A stretch of DNA of 57,492 nucleotides from Sedimentisphaeraceae bacterium JB056. Its GTDB lineage: Bacteria; Planctomycetota; Phycisphaerae; Sedimentisphaerales; Sedimentisphaeraceae. The notes beneath the pieces were generated by a model, which was not told where the DNA came from, did no database searches, and saw only the letters and a list, made by a program, of their open reading frames with translations. The number at the start of each line of letters is the position of its first letter. Within the stretch, counting starts at the first letter, position 1. The stretch spans positions 1-57,492 of the forward strand of contig JBITAJ010000005.1 in NCBI GenBank assembly GCA_044440125.1. Direction: 5' to 3'. The translations under genes were made by a program, and so were the position numbers. Positions 40,063 through 50,910 of this stretch are shown here, piece after piece.

Positions 40063-40730
40063 CGCTTGGCTCTCCTCATCAGTATCTCAGATAGAGCTAT
40101 AGCTCCAAGTGATATGGCAATTGACACGCAAGCAAGATACATTGCATCATTTTCCATTCCCGGCTGCTGAAGCATAGTGAAAATGGCAAGCGAAATGGTC
40201 TGTGTCTGCCCCTCGATGTTACCTGCAAAAGTCGCGGTTGCACCAAACTCTCCAAGACTTCTGGCAAAAGAGAGTACTAAACCGCACATTATTCCCGGCA
40301 AGGATAAAGGCAGGGTAATCTTGCAGAAAACAGCAAACGGAGAAAGCCCCAATGTCCTTGCAGCCTTCTCAAGTTTTTGATCGACAAGTTCGATAGCGAG
40401 CCTGGTTGAACGCACAAGCAGCGGGAAGCCCATGACAGCTGAAGCAATGACCGCCCCCATCCACGTAAAACCAAACTCAATACCGAAATATTTATATAAA
40501 ACCGCTCCAATCAATCCCTTACGACCAAGGAACACCAATAGACCATAGCCTATTACCACCGGAGGGGTGACTAACGGTATGTGCACGATTGCATCGAGCA
40601 ATACCTTACCGGGGAAGTTTTTACGAGCCAATAACCAGCCCATAAAAACTCCCGGTATGCTAATAACGGACACACACACTAATCCCACTTTAATGGATAG
40701 AAAAATAGCTGTTAAAAATTCTTCACTCAT
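40059..40730 (-). CDS. modB: Molybdate ABC transporter permease
   Basis: PLVTPPVVIGY and FARSLGEFGAT. Confidence 0.95.
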   Translation of the reverse strand: MSEEFLTAIFLSIKVGLVCVSVISIPGVFMGWLLARKNFPGKVLLDAIVHIPLVTPPVVIGYGLLVFLGRKGLIGAVLYKYFGIEFGFTWMGAVIASAVMGFPLLVRSTRLAIELVDQKLEKAARTLGLSPFAVFCKITLPLSLPGIMCGLVLSFARSLGEFGATATFAGNIEGQTQTISLAIFTMLQQPGMENDAMYLACVSIAISLGAIALSEILMRRAKR

Positions 40731-40734
40731 TATC

Positions 40735-41529
40735 TCATTTTAAAGGCTCAAAACCGGCCTTTTCATAAATTACTGATGCTTCAGTTGATTTAACATATTC
40801 AAGAAACTCATCAGCCGCCTCGCCTGCCCCACTGCATACAGCAAGATAATAATTCACGGGCTTATGCAGCTGCTCAGGAAATACGGCTATTATTTTAGAA
40901 TTATTCGACACAAGAGCATCGGTCTTATATACGATACCCAAAGGACACTGACCTGTCTCAACAAAGTTTAGTGCAGCACGAACATTGGTCGCCTTGACAA
41001 TGCGATCAGACTCTATCTTCTGCCACCAGCCAAGATTCTCCAACGCCTCTTTAGCGTATTTTCCAGCCGGCACAAATTCAGGATCGCCAATCGCCATTCT
41101 GCCCTCATACGCTCCCGCAATATCAAAATCAGGAGTTATCGTAACACTGCCAATAAAATCATTATTCGCAATCAGAACCAATTCATTCTTTATGAAAGCA
41201 CCTTTGGTTTCGGATTTAAGCAGTTGCTTTTCGTCAAGATATTCAATCCATTTCTGATTAGCCGAGATAAAGACATCAGCCGGTGCTCCAGATTCTATTT
41301 GTCTGGCAAGTACTCCTGAAGCGGCCAGATTGAGCTTTATCTCAACACCCTTGCTGATTTGGCATTTTCCAACTATCTCTTTTATGACATCTGTAGTACT
41401 TGAGGCAGCAAAAACATTTATGCTTTTGGTCTCATTATCCTCAACACCTTGAGATGCCTTATCTTTGCAACCGGTCAAAATTCCAACCGCTATCACAATT
41501 AGTATAGCTAAAAATATTCTTATCTTCAT
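40735..41529 (-). CDS. modA: Molybdate-binding lipoprotein
   Basis: LTGC lipobox, FAASS, SGVLARQIESGAPADVFISAN, VPAGKYA. Confidence 0.95.
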   Translation of the reverse strand: MKIRIFLAILIVIAVGILTGCKDKASQGVEDNETKSINVFAASSTTDVIKEIVGKCQISKGVEIKLNLAASGVLARQIESGAPADVFISANQKWIEYLDEKQLLKSETKGAFIKNELVLIANNDFIGSVTITPDFDIAGAYEGRMAIGDPEFVPAGKYAKEALENLGWWQKIESDRIVKATNVRAALNFVETGQCPLGIVYKTDALVSNNSKIIAVFPEQLHKPVNYYLAVCSGAGEAADEFLEYVKSTEASVIYEKAGFEPLK

Positions 41530-41654
41530 ATTATCCCCAACATTTTATATGTTATGAGAACTCAAAATCAATATAAACCTCTTGCGCACTATAGAGCAGT
41601 ATTGTCTATAAGGAATGAAATATCGCAGCTCAGAATATTATGTATACAAAAGTT

Positions 41655-42803
41655 CTATACGGCTTTTTCGTAAAAAACTTTCTCGGTCAGAAACCTTAAC
41701 TCTTCAACCGTCAAATTTCTCTTTTTCTGCGCCGAATAATCCTTTATTAAAGCTAACAGCTTCAAAATATCATCTTTTTTATATTTTATATTCAGCTGAT
41801 CCAGCGAATTTTTAATCGATGCATTGCCGCTATGCTTACCCAAGACAAATGTTTCCTTCGCAGAAACCTCTTCAGGGGCAAACGGCTGGTACGACTTGGA
41901 ATCCCTAAGCTGCCCATGAACATGTATTCCGGACTCATGTGTATATACCATTGAACCAACTATAGGCTTTGATATATGATTATCACGTTTGGAATACTCC
42001 TCAACGATTCCTGACAGTTCCTTAAGCATCTTAGTATCAATGCCGCTCTCAACATCGAGAGAAACTTTCATCGCCATAACAACTTCTTCCAATGCGGCAT
42101 TACCCGCTCTCTCTCCCAGTCCGTTAACAGTAACATCAACTGCCGCTGCTCCGGCCTTAATCGCCGCCACCGCATTCGCTGTTGCCATACCAAGATCATT
42201 ATGAGTATGAACACTGAGATCCATATCCGGACACTTTCTCTTAAGACTCTTTATTATTCTGTAAGTCGTCACCGGATCCCATATACCAACGGTATCGGCA
42301 AGCCTGACCCTGTCAGCACCGTAAACATTTGCAGAGTTGATGATGAATTCGACAAACTCCATATCAGCTCTGGATGCATCCTGTAGACCTACCGAAATAA
42401 AATCAAAAGAGTCTCTGAATTCATCAAGCAAATCACGTAGTTCTATGATTGCCCAAGCTTCACTCTTGCCAAGACTGTTAAGATGTATACTCGAAACAGG
42501 AACAGAGAAATGAACATTCTTGATCTCATACGACTTAGCTTTGAGCAAGTCCTCTCTCTTGGCTCTGCACCAGCAGCTTACCCTGCAATCAGGGTTGAGT
42601 TCGGAGATTGCGGCTATTGTACGAGCCTCTTTAGGACCCATAGCAATAGTACCCGCTTCGATCTCCCTAACTCCTGCAGTAATCAAAGACCTTGCGATCT
42701 CAATTTTTTCATCAAAACTGAACGCCACACCCGGTGCCTGTTCACCATCACGCAGTGTAGTATCAGTCAAAACACATTCTTTTATCTTATGTATTGCAGC
42801 CAT
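41655..42803 (-). CDS. nifV: Homocitrate synthase
   Basis: DTTLRDGEQAPG, HTHNDLGMATAN, GERAGN, HESGIH; directly after nifB. Confidence 0.9.
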   Translation of the reverse strand: MAAIHKIKECVLTDTTLRDGEQAPGVAFSFDEKIEIARSLITAGVREIEAGTIAMGPKEARTIAAISELNPDCRVSCWCRAKREDLLKAKSYEIKNVHFSVPVSSIHLNSLGKSEAWAIIELRDLLDEFRDSFDFISVGLQDASRADMEFVEFIINSANVYGADRVRLADTVGIWDPVTTYRIIKSLKRKCPDMDLSVHTHNDLGMATANAVAAIKAGAAAVDVTVNGLGERAGNAALEEVVMAMKVSLDVESGIDTKMLKELSGIVEEYSKRDNHISKPIVGSMVYTHESGIHVHGQLRDSKSYQPFAPEEVSAKETFVLGKHSGNASIKNSLDQLNIKYKKDDILKLLALIKDYSAQKKRNLTVEELRFLTEKVFYEKAV

Positions 42804-44040
42804 CGCCAGCTCCCTGACATGATTTTGACAGAGTCCTTACACTCTGCCTGATTTCTTTACCCTCGTAAACATCCCTGACTGCCTGATCGAGGAGGCCTTC
42901 CATGCATATAACCTCGATACCTTTTTCTTTCAGTATTTCAATCGGCCTTGGCCCCGCCTGTGAGGCAAGTATCGTTCGGCAATCGATGAATCTATCCGCA
43001 AAGTCATTCCACCGCTTATCACCACAGCCACTCGGCGGAGTTATACGATTTCCCACAAACCTGATATCCTCTCCATCCTTCTCATATATAGCCATCTTCT
43101 TAACTTGACCAAGGTGCATATTAACAAGGAGACCTTCCATCGTAGCAACCGCAACATACGGGGCTTTATCTTCTTCATCAACTTCGTTGGCAAACGACTT
43201 GAGCATATCAGCGGTTGAAGCGGAGAGCTTTTCACCAAGCAAACCGACTGCATCAGAACGACATCTTGCACAATGCCTCATCTGCTCAATATATTTGGCT
43301 GCCTCTGCACGTATCGGCTCGATTATATCGCAGCCCGGAGAAGGCAAGTCCTCAAACAATGTACCTTTAACAGGCATCAGCTTTATGCAGTTGAACAAAT
43401 CAGCTCCAAGCTCTGAAACATGCTTTGCCACTTCAACTACATGATTATCATTTACGCCCGGAATCACAATGCAGTTGACTTTAACTATAAGTCCGGCTTT
43501 TTTAGCCAGTTTAACAGCCTCAAGCTGCTTATTCATCAGAATCTCTGCGGCCCTGGCTCCGGTTTCACTCTTTCCGCCATCTCTTACCCATCCGTAAACA
43601 AACCTGCCTACACTTGGATCAATAGAGTTTATTGTTATAGTCAGGTGTGTAAGCCCGACGGCAACGAGCTGGTCGATATAAGGAGCTACATTAAGCCCGT
43701 TAGTTGAAACACAGAGAACCATATCATCAAAATTCTCTTTTATGAGTCTGAGTGTTTCAAGTGTCTCTTCCGGATTTGCAAACGGATCACCAGGGCCGGC
43801 AATACCGGCAACCTTAAGGTTTGGCATCTGCTTCTTGATCTCTGTAAGATACTTCAGTGCCTGCTTTGGAGTAAGCACAGATGATGTTACTCCCGGACGC
43901 GATTCGTTTACGCAATCATAATTGCGGTTACAATAATTACACTGAATATTGCACTTTGGTGCAACCGGCAGGTGTATTCTGCCATACTTTCCCTTTGATT
44001 CTTCATTAAAACAAGGATGATTTTTTGCGTTTGCTGTCAT
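42787..44040 (-). CDS. nifB: FeMo-cofactor biosynthesis radical SAM protein with C-terminal NifX-like domain
   Basis: HPCF, HLPVAPKCNIQCNYCNR, ESRPG, AGPGDP, HCARCRSD. Confidence 0.96.
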   Translation of the reverse strand: MTANAKNHPCFNEESKGKYGRIHLPVAPKCNIQCNYCNRNYDCVNESRPGVTSSVLTPKQALKYLTEIKKQMPNLKVAGIAGPGDPFANPEETLETLRLIKENFDDMVLCVSTNGLNVAPYIDQLVAVGLTHLTITINSIDPSVGRFVYGWVRDGGKSETGARAAEILMNKQLEAVKLAKKAGLIVKVNCIVIPGVNDNHVVEVAKHVSELGADLFNCIKLMPVKGTLFEDLPSPGCDIIEPIRAEAAKYIEQMRHCARCRSDAVGLLGEKLSASTADMLKSFANEVDEEDKAPYVAVATMEGLLVNMHLGQVKKMAIYEKDGEDIRFVGNRITPPSGCGDKRWNDFADRFIDCRTILASQAGPRPIEILKEKGIEVICMEGLLDQAVRDVYEGKEIRQSVRTLSKSCQGAGDGCNT

Positions 44041-44058
44041 GTTTTCACCTTCCTTCGA

Positions 44059-45417
44059 TTAAATGTGTGTATACCCTACTGGTGATAAATTCTGTTTTCT
44101 TTCAATAATTGCATTCACTATACGATCAAACAATTCCAGAGTACCGGAATATCCAATGTGCCTTACTCTCGCAGCACCTATCCGGTCGTGAATAGGCAGA
44201 GAAACACGTATCAAAGGCACGTCTAACTCTCGTGCAAGCTTAAAACCATTACTATTACCAATAATCAGATCGATTCCTTCACTTTTGGCAAGATCAAGCA
44301 TCTCTGAGAAATCAGTATCATTCATCACTGTAATCTTATCTGCCTGTTCAGGAGCCTGAGTCTTAATATTCTCAGAGAAATCATTAGAGTTGTCGCCTGT
44401 TGCACATATAGCCGGAACAATCCCTATCTCATCCATAAAACTCGCCATGGAAACGACCATGTCCTCATCTCCGTATATCAACGCTTTCTTGCCAAATAGA
44501 TATTTATGTCCATCAACATAAGCATCTATCAAACGGCCGCGTATACCTTTATATTTTGCCGGCACATCATTGCCGCTGATCACCTTCAGTGCACTGAAAA
44601 ACTCGTCGCATAAGCGCAGACCTATAGGCAAAGGCATCTTAAACAGCTCTATATCATGGTTCTTATTGAGATATATTCCGGCAGAATTCTCCACTGTTTT
44701 TGCAAAACCGAATTCAATTGTGGCCTTTGCATCTGCCATTGTCTTGATATCATCAATACTTGTGCCATGCTCTATGTTGCTCTGGTATTCCTGCCATATC
44801 TGTCCATCAAGTCTGTCAGAATAATCCGGAAGCAGAACATATTCGATACCAAATGCCTCAAATATCTCTTTAAGAGTTCTAAGGTCTTCCGGCGAAACCA
44901 TGCCGCTTATGATATTAACATGATTGCCCTTTGACGCAGGCTCCACGACCTGCGAAACGACTGCCGCCAAAGCCCTTCTGAAACCCTCAAGATGTGAACC
45001 GGCATAACTCGGGGTTGATGTAGCCACAAGATAAGGCATTGTCTCTTCTTTATACTCAGACTTTATCTGATGAATGAACATCTTGACATCATCGCCGATA
45101 GTCTCCGCAAGACATGTTGTACAGATTCCAACCATCTCCGGCTTATACTGATTTATCGCATTCATCAAGCCGGCCTTGAGGTTGTCCTTGCCGCCGAATA
45201 TTGTTGAACGTTCACTGAAATTGGAACATGCGATATCCATTGGCTCTCTGAAATGTCCTATCATGTGCCTTCTTATATATGTCGAGCATCCCTGAGAACC
45301 GTGTATAAAAGGAAACGCACCAGCTATTCCACTGTATGCCATGCAGGCACCATAAGGACTGCAAAGCTTGCAGGGGTTTGTTGTTGATACATATTTATTC
45401 TTGTGTATTTTCAGCAT
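44059..45417 (-). CDS. nifN: Nitrogenase FeMo-co scaffold subunit N
   Basis: NPCKLCSPYGA, HGSQGC…HFREP, TTCLAETIGDD; lies between nifE and nifB. Start ATG45417 (or 45459). Confidence 0.88.
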   Translation of the reverse strand: MLKIHKNKYVSTTNPCKLCSPYGACMAYSGIAGAFPFIHGSQGCSTYIRRHMIGHFREPMDIACSNFSERSTIFGGKDNLKAGLMNAINQYKPEMVGICTTCLAETIGDDVKMFIHQIKSEYKEETMPYLVATSTPSYAGSHLEGFRRALAAVVSQVVEPASKGNHVNIISGMVSPEDLRTLKEIFEAFGIEYVLLPDYSDRLDGQIWQEYQSNIEHGTSIDDIKTMADAKATIEFGFAKTVENSAGIYLNKNHDIELFKMPLPIGLRLCDEFFSALKVISGNDVPAKYKGIRGRLIDAYVDGHKYLFGKKALIYGDEDMVVSMASFMDEIGIVPAICATGDNSNDFSENIKTQAPEQADKITVMNDTDFSEMLDLAKSEGIDLIIGNSNGFKLARELDVPLIRVSLPIHDRIGAARVRHIGYSGTLELFDRIVNAIIERKQNLSPVGYTHI

Positions 45418-45428
45418 TTCATCACTTC

Positions 45429-46769
45429 TCACTTTCTCTCTGTTCTGGCATATTTCCATACCGGACTCATGATTGAAGAATGAACTTCTCTGGCAAAATT
45501 AAGCATACCGTTAAAACCGGCAAGAGAAATCTTTCTTTCATGGTTGTGATCGCAAAAACCAAGACCAAGTTTGTAAGCTATAGGACGCTCCTTTACTCCT
45601 CCAATAAGAAGGTGTGCGCCTTTTTCCTGTACAAATTTTGATATCTCCATCGGATTGGCATCGTCAATAAGAACAGTGCCAACATCGCAAAGATCTTCCA
45701 ACTGCTTGTAGTCATCCGGACTGCCTGTTTGAGAACCGGCTATCACAGTCTGAATACCAAGCATTCTTAAGGAACGAACCAGAGAAAAAGCCTTGAATGC
45801 ACCGCCGGTATAAACCGCTGCCTTCTTACCCTCAAGGTCCTTGCGAATCGCTGTTATCTGCGGCATTATCTTACCGATCTCTCTTTGCACGAGAGCTTTG
45901 GCTTTCTCTAATATGGCCTCATCCTTGAAAAAGTCGGCAACATCATAAAGTGCCTTAGCCATATCCTCTATACCAAAATATGATACCCTGATAAACGGGA
46001 TGCCATATTTTTCCTTCATCTCTTTGGCAAGAAACATCATCGAACCACTGCACTGAACTACGTTAAGCTTTGCTTTATGAGCCTTCCTGAGATCTGAAAT
46101 ACTTGCATCACCGGTTACGGTTGAGATAACTTCAATCCCCATCTCTTTGTAGTACTCTTTTATTTCCCATATCTCACCTGCGATATTGAAATCACCCATG
46201 ATATTTATACTGTTTTCTGCAACTTCTGCCTGCTGGTCAGTACCTACGATCTTTGCAAGTGCATCACATGCGGCTTTGTACCCATCCTTCTTAGTACCCC
46301 TGAATCCTTCTGAATGCACCGGAATAACCGGAATGCCTTTCTCCGCCTGAACTTTCTTTGCCACAGCTTCAACATCATCACCGATAACACCGACAATGCA
46401 TGTGCTGTAAATAAAAGCGGCCTCAGGCTTATGCAAATCAATAAGTTCGCTCAGTGCATTATAAAGCTTCTTTTCACCACCATATATAATGTCACTTTCG
46501 CGGAGGTCTGTACTAAAACTCAGTCTGTGTAGTTCGCGTCCTGAAGAAAGGGAACCGCGAATGTCCCATGTGTATGCCGCACACCCGATTGGCCCATGAA
46601 CAAGATGAAGAGCATCTGTCACAGGATAAAGCACAACTCGTGATCCGCAGAACACACAGGCACGCTGGCTTACAGCACCCGCTAAGGAATGCTTCTCGCA
46701 GGCCATATTGAAATCATTCAGACCTTTTTCGTATATCTGAGATTTTCTGTCTTTTAGTAATTCACTCAT
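45429..46769 (-). CDS. nifE: Nitrogenase FeMo-co scaffold subunit E
   Basis: AGAVSQRACVFCGSRVVL, HGPIGCAAYTWDIRGS, DHNHER. Confidence 0.95.
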   Translation of the reverse strand: MSELLKDRKSQIYEKGLNDFNMACEKHSLAGAVSQRACVFCGSRVVLYPVTDALHLVHGPIGCAAYTWDIRGSLSSGRELHRLSFSTDLRESDIIYGGEKKLYNALSELIDLHKPEAAFIYSTCIVGVIGDDVEAVAKKVQAEKGIPVIPVHSEGFRGTKKDGYKAACDALAKIVGTDQQAEVAENSINIMGDFNIAGEIWEIKEYYKEMGIEVISTVTGDASISDLRKAHKAKLNVVQCSGSMMFLAKEMKEKYGIPFIRVSYFGIEDMAKALYDVADFFKDEAILEKAKALVQREIGKIMPQITAIRKDLEGKKAAVYTGGAFKAFSLVRSLRMLGIQTVIAGSQTGSPDDYKQLEDLCDVGTVLIDDANPMEISKFVQEKGAHLLIGGVKERPIAYKLGLGFCDHNHERKISLAGFNGMLNFAREVHSSIMSPVWKYARTERK

Positions 46770-46811
46770 TGTAATAGTCCAATAGTAATAGTTTATTCTG
46801 TTAACTACTAT

Positions 46812-46827
46812 TGCAACGAGCGTGCCA
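46812..46827 (-). promoter_or_regulatory. sigma54 (-24/-12) promoter of the nifE operon
   Basis: Minus strand reads TGGCAC-GCTCG-TTGCA, a perfect consensus, about 43 nt upstream of the nifE ATG. Confidence 0.88.
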
Positions 46828-47176
46828 AAGTTGAAAAAACGGCTTTAAGACACATTTAAGAAGGGTTTTATAATAACTAATGATATGAGGTAATGAAACC
46901 AGCAGCCATAAAGCTGAAAAAAATTTCACTATAAATCATAAAAAAAACATGAAGCAACATTAAATATGACTAAGCAGAATAAGATCGAATAATATAAAGA
47001 CTTGTTATAAAGAGAGTTAAGTACTACCAACACATTTAATGCATCAAGAAAATGAAAAAAACTTCACTACAAAGCCTATGAGCGACGATTTTGTAGCTAA
47101 CAGCAAGAAGATAAATTTCCTGGCTGCGCTTACTGATTCTAAATCCGCTTCCTTACAGTATAAACTCCAATATTTA

Positions 47177-48460
47177 CTACTCAAACAGTTGCTGAAGAAA
47201 ATTCGACTGCTGCGGATACCTTGCCAGTATATCTTCTCTGGCACATTGATTCATGGTATGACGAACATCAGCATCAAGAATTCGGTTAATAACCATTCCA
47301 TCTCTGTCAGTAGTCACCGTACGTTCAAAATCCGGCATATTAAAATAGTCCATTGAAATATCCCAGAGCCCATCTTCACGCTGTGTTTTTGTAAGATATA
47401 CCGGCAGAACCTCACCGCGTTTCGTAAGAATATCTACAACACATTCATCAAAATCAGATTCTATAAAAGCGCCAAATAACTCAAAGTCCATTATTTCAGG
47501 CCAGTAAGAATCCCCCAAGTGCAGCTCTTTTTCTTTTTTATCAGTGAAATCAGTGACTGTAAGTACGTGATCGCGAGCTACTTCAAGCAGTATTTCACGT
47601 TTCATGTCGCTTTGCGAACCATTTTGAACATATTTCCATGTGATTCTGCCATCGAGTGTCCGGCTAAAATGGTTTTGCCTGTTAAGATCATAGACACCAA
47701 TATTCACATACATTATACTCTTCATGGCATCAGCGTTATCAAGCTTCATTTCACGTAATCCATAAAAGCCGTCCAAAAGTCCGTTGGAATCCAAAAGATA
47801 GAGCTTTTCTACCGGTTCGCGAAAGCTTCTGTTTATCGACTTGGTGATTGCATTATCAGTAACAATCCGCCCCTTATTGAGCAAACCGTTAGTTTCAAAC
47901 CTGGCCTTTAATAATAATGCGTTAAAAACATCCTCTGCATAATATGGGTCCCCGCATCGCACTTCAAGTTCAGCCGCCCGTCCCGGTTCGAGGATAACCA
48001 ACGCAAGGTATACATACTCACCAACTTCCCGTCTGAAATTGGCAAGATAAGCACCAAAACCATCACCTATAATCGTTTTCTTTTTTCCTGAATACCCACC
48101 CAGATCTGCGCCTCGATGCTCAAGTATTTCAGTTATATTTTTGCCTTCAGGGCATACTATGTATCGCCATTGAACCGCAGTTGAAGTGACGCCCTTCTTT
48201 TTCTCTATAGCACCCATATAGAAATAGTTGCCTTCAGGATTAAACAACCATTGCTCAGTCCGCATCTTCCAGTTTTCTCCGGCCGGCAAGGGCACATGAA
48301 AGCCCGAAAAAGGTAACTCTATGGGTTTCTCAACACGGATATTGCTTTTTATGGACACGACTATCAATGAAAATAATATCCCCACGACAAGTATAGCAAG
48401 CAAAGCTATCTTGTGTGATGCCTGGGAAATATCTCTTTTCATTGCAGTATTCATAAACAT
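47177..48460 (-). CDS. Hypothetical membrane-anchored protein
   Basis: 427-aa ORF with an N-terminal TM helix; no family recognised. Confidence 0.7.
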   Translation of the reverse strand: MFMNTAMKRDISQASHKIALLAILVVGILFSLIVVSIKSNIRVEKPIELPFSGFHVPLPAGENWKMRTEQWLFNPEGNYFYMGAIEKKKGVTSTAVQWRYIVCPEGKNITEILEHRGADLGGYSGKKKTIIGDGFGAYLANFRREVGEYVYLALVILEPGRAAELEVRCGDPYYAEDVFNALLLKARFETNGLLNKGRIVTDNAITKSINRSFREPVEKLYLLDSNGLLDGFYGLREMKLDNADAMKSIMYVNIGVYDLNRQNHFSRTLDGRITWKYVQNGSQSDMKREILLEVARDHVLTVTDFTDKKEKELHLGDSYWPEIMDFELFGAFIESDFDECVVDILTKRGEVLPVYLTKTQREDGLWDISMDYFNMPDFERTVTTDRDGMVINRILDADVRHTMNQCAREDILARYPQQSNFLQQLFE

Positions 48461-48788
48461 TATGATATTCGATACCGTTTATTTTTACAAATAAAATGCA
48501 TCACAAAATATTATTGAATAAGACAATCAAACTTGCACCTTACCCCAAGACATTTATATATATATCTATAAAAAAACAACTTAGAAACATAAAACATCCC
48601 AATACAGAGCCGCTCAATCTACTGAATATAATCTATTATTTACAAAGAACAATCATAACAAAGCCATTTATTCCAGAAGCCGCTGATTAATAATCTTAAA
48701 AGGCCTTCAAGAGCAAAATAATAAGATCATTTTTACCTAAAATACACTTGGCACTTTTATCAAAAATATCTATTGCCCGATATTTTTC

Positions 48789-48835
48789 TTGAAACTTCAA
48801 TAATTTCACGATATATTATGAACATAAGTTCATAA
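48789..48835 (+). promoter_or_regulatory. sigma70 promoter plus palindromic operator upstream of the DUF134 gene
   Basis: TTGAAA-17nt-TATATT; TTATGAAC-ataa-GTTCATAA at 48816-48835. Confidence 0.65.
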
Positions 48836-48852
48836 CTACAGTAGGATATAAT

Positions 48853-49239
48853 ATGGTAAGACCAAGAAAACATAGATGCATAGAGGCTCTGCCCGAATCA
48901 TTTGTCTACAAACCGGCCGGAGTGCCGGCGAGGGATATTGACTGGGTTCATATCACGATAGATGAATTCGAGACGATTCGTCTTCTCGATCATATGGGTA
49001 TGGATCAGGCTCAGGCGGCAGAGAACATGGGCGTATCACGTCCGACCGTAACGAGAATATACGCTTCTGCCCGCAAGAAGATAGCGGATGCACTTACCAT
49101 GGGCATGGCAATACAAATCGAGAATGCGAATATTACACCTGCCGTAGAAAAATCGCGCGGGCGAGGCATGGGATTCAAACGAAAGAATCGCATGGGCGGC
49201 TGCAATACACAAAAACAAACAGGAGATGTGGAAGAATGA
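48853..49239 (+). CDS. DUF134 DNA-binding protein
   Basis: MVRPRKHRCI…YKPAG…DEFETIRLLD…QAQAAENMGVSRPT. Confidence 0.9.
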   Translation: MVRPRKHRCIEALPESFVYKPAGVPARDIDWVHITIDEFETIRLLDHMGMDQAQAAENMGVSRPTVTRIYASARKKIADALTMGMAIQIENANITPAVEKSRGRGMGFKRKNRMGGCNTQKQTGDVEE

Positions 49240-49604
49240 AAAATATAGCAATATGCTGTCTGGAAGACAACGAACACGTGATGATAAGCGAACGCCTTGG
49301 CCGCAGCCCATGGATAGCGATATACAGTCAGGAAGATCGAAGCTGGCGTTTCTGGGAAAACACACAAAACCTCAACGCCCCTCAGGGAGCCGGTATCCAG
49401 ACCGCTCAGAACATAATCAATGCAGGAGCACAGGTTCTGATAACACGGAATGCGGGTCCAAAAGCAATGCGAGTACTCCAGCAGACTGATATTGAAATTT
49501 TTGAAGCACCATCGGGTACGAACATTACCGAATGCATAAATCTTTACGAGAAAAACGAGCTTAAACAGCTTGAAGATGCAAACGTAGAAGGCCACTGGGT
49601 ATAA
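49236..49604 (+). CDS. NifB/NifX-family FeMo-co-binding-fold protein
   Basis: ISERLGRSP, GAGIQTAQ, NAGPKA, ANVEGHW. Confidence 0.85.
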   Translation: MKNIAICCLEDNEHVMISERLGRSPWIAIYSQEDRSWRFWENTQNLNAPQGAGIQTAQNIINAGAQVLITRNAGPKAMRVLQQTDIEIFEAPSGTNITECINLYEKNELKQLEDANVEGHWV

Positions 49605-49650
49605 GTGACCATTAATATTAATGTTATATATATTTCAGAGGAGTATGAAA

Positions 49651-49935
49651 ATGCCTGGATTTGACGGAACAGGACCAATGGGCAAAGGCCCGCTCACAGG
49701 AAGACAAATGGGAAACTGCAGACAACCGCAGACCGCTTTCAGCGGCGGCAGAGGATTCGGCCGCGGCATGGGACGCGGATTGGGTGCAGGCAGAAATAGT
49801 GGTTTAAGAAGAGGGTTTGCTGCTGTAGCAGACCAGAGCTTCCAATCCAGTACAGACCGGGAAGCTATTGAAACGCTCGCAGCACGTGTTGAGCAACTTG
49901 AAGCAGAACTTACGCAACTTAGAGAACACGACTAA
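49651..49935 (+). CDS. DUF5320 family protein
   Basis: MPGFDGTGPMGKGPLTGRQMGNC, Gly/Arg-rich middle and coiled-coil end; GAGGAG RBS. Confidence 0.85.
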   Translation: MPGFDGTGPMGKGPLTGRQMGNCRQPQTAFSGGRGFGRGMGRGLGAGRNSGLRRGFAAVADQSFQSSTDREAIETLAARVEQLEAELTQLREHD

Positions 49936-50058
49936 AACAGCGAATGTCGGCAAACGATAGTGATGCCGGCAACAGGATACTCTCATTGTGCAATCAACGC
50001 ATGATGAGAGTATCTATCGCTCTTAAACTTACACTAACAACAGAAATGGAGCTTATAT

Positions 50059-50910
50059 ATGAAAATAGCGATCGCCAGCGGTAAAGGTGGTACAGGCAAG
50101 ACCACCATATCGACTAATCTGGTAACAACTCTCGCTATTAACGGGCAAGACGTCCAGTATATAGATTGCGATGCGGAAGAACCGAACGGCCACATCTTTC
50201 TGAAGCCTTCAATAGAGCAATCAGAAGATGTTACGGTTGGTGTGCCGCACGTCAATCTTGATGCATGCACCGGCTGCGGCAAATGCGCAGACCTGTGCCA
50301 ATACAGCTCTATAATATGCCTTAAAGACAAACCGCTGCTCTTTGAAGAATTGTGCCACTCTTGCGGCGGCTGCATGGAGATATGTCCGCAGAAAGCTATC
50401 ACAGAAACAAATCGCAAGATAGGTGAAGCGGAATACGGCAAAGCAAAGGATGTAGGATTTTATCACGGCAGATTAGATATCGGTGCAATACAAACACCGG
50501 CGATAATCAAACACCTCAAGAAAAAGATGAGCGATACAGCCATCACGGTTATCGATGCCCCACCGGGAACATCATGCCCTGTAATTGAGGCTATAAAAGA
50601 CACCGATTTCGTTCTGCTGGTAACAGAGCCCACTCCCTTCGGCCTCAACGACTTGAAGCTTGCGGTCGGAATGGTCGAAGAGATGGGAATTGCCTTTGCG
50701 GTAGCGATAAACAGATGCGATGGAGGAGACGACAGCGTTGTGGAGTATTGCAAAGAAAGCAATATTGAAATAATGCTCCAGATACCGGAAGAGAGAAAAA
50801 TCGCAGAAAGCTACTCCAAAGGTGTGATGATTGTAGAGGCATTGCCGCACTACAAAGATTCTTTTCTGGATTTATACAACAGGATTGAGAAGGCGGTTAC
50901 AAAACGATGA
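50059..50910 (+). CDS. MinD/ParA-like P-loop ATPase with inserted ferredoxin
   Basis: ASGKGGTGKTT, DCDAEEPN, two 4Fe-4S motifs, DAPPGTSCP. Confidence 0.92.
   Translation: MKIAIASGKGGTGKTTISTNLVTTLAINGQDVQYIDCDAEEPNGHIFLKPSIEQSEDVTVGVPHVNLDACTGCGKCADLCQYSSIICLKDKPLLFEELCHSCGGCMEICPQKAITETNRKIGEAEYGKAKDVGFYHGRLDIGAIQTPAIIKHLKKKMSDTAITVIDAPPGTSCPVIEAIKDTDFVLLVTEPTPFGLNDLKLAVGMVEEMGIAFAVAINRCDGGDDSVVEYCKESNIEIMLQIPEERKIAESYSKGVMIVEALPHYKDSFLDLYNRIEKAVTKR

Noticed and set aside
41530..41654. ModE box or Moco riboswitch before modA
   Set aside because: Only a weak ctatag…ctataa symmetry; insufficient match.
44059..46769. nifD/nifK catalytic subunits
   Set aside because: Motifs (YTWDIRGS, DHNHER) and position before nifB identify NifE/NifN scaffolds.
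49936..50058. c-di-GMP riboswitch or attC site in the DUF5320-ATPase spacer
   Set aside because: A hairpin (gatactctcat…atgagagtatc) and GGCAAAC are present, but the remaining aptamer or attC features are missing.
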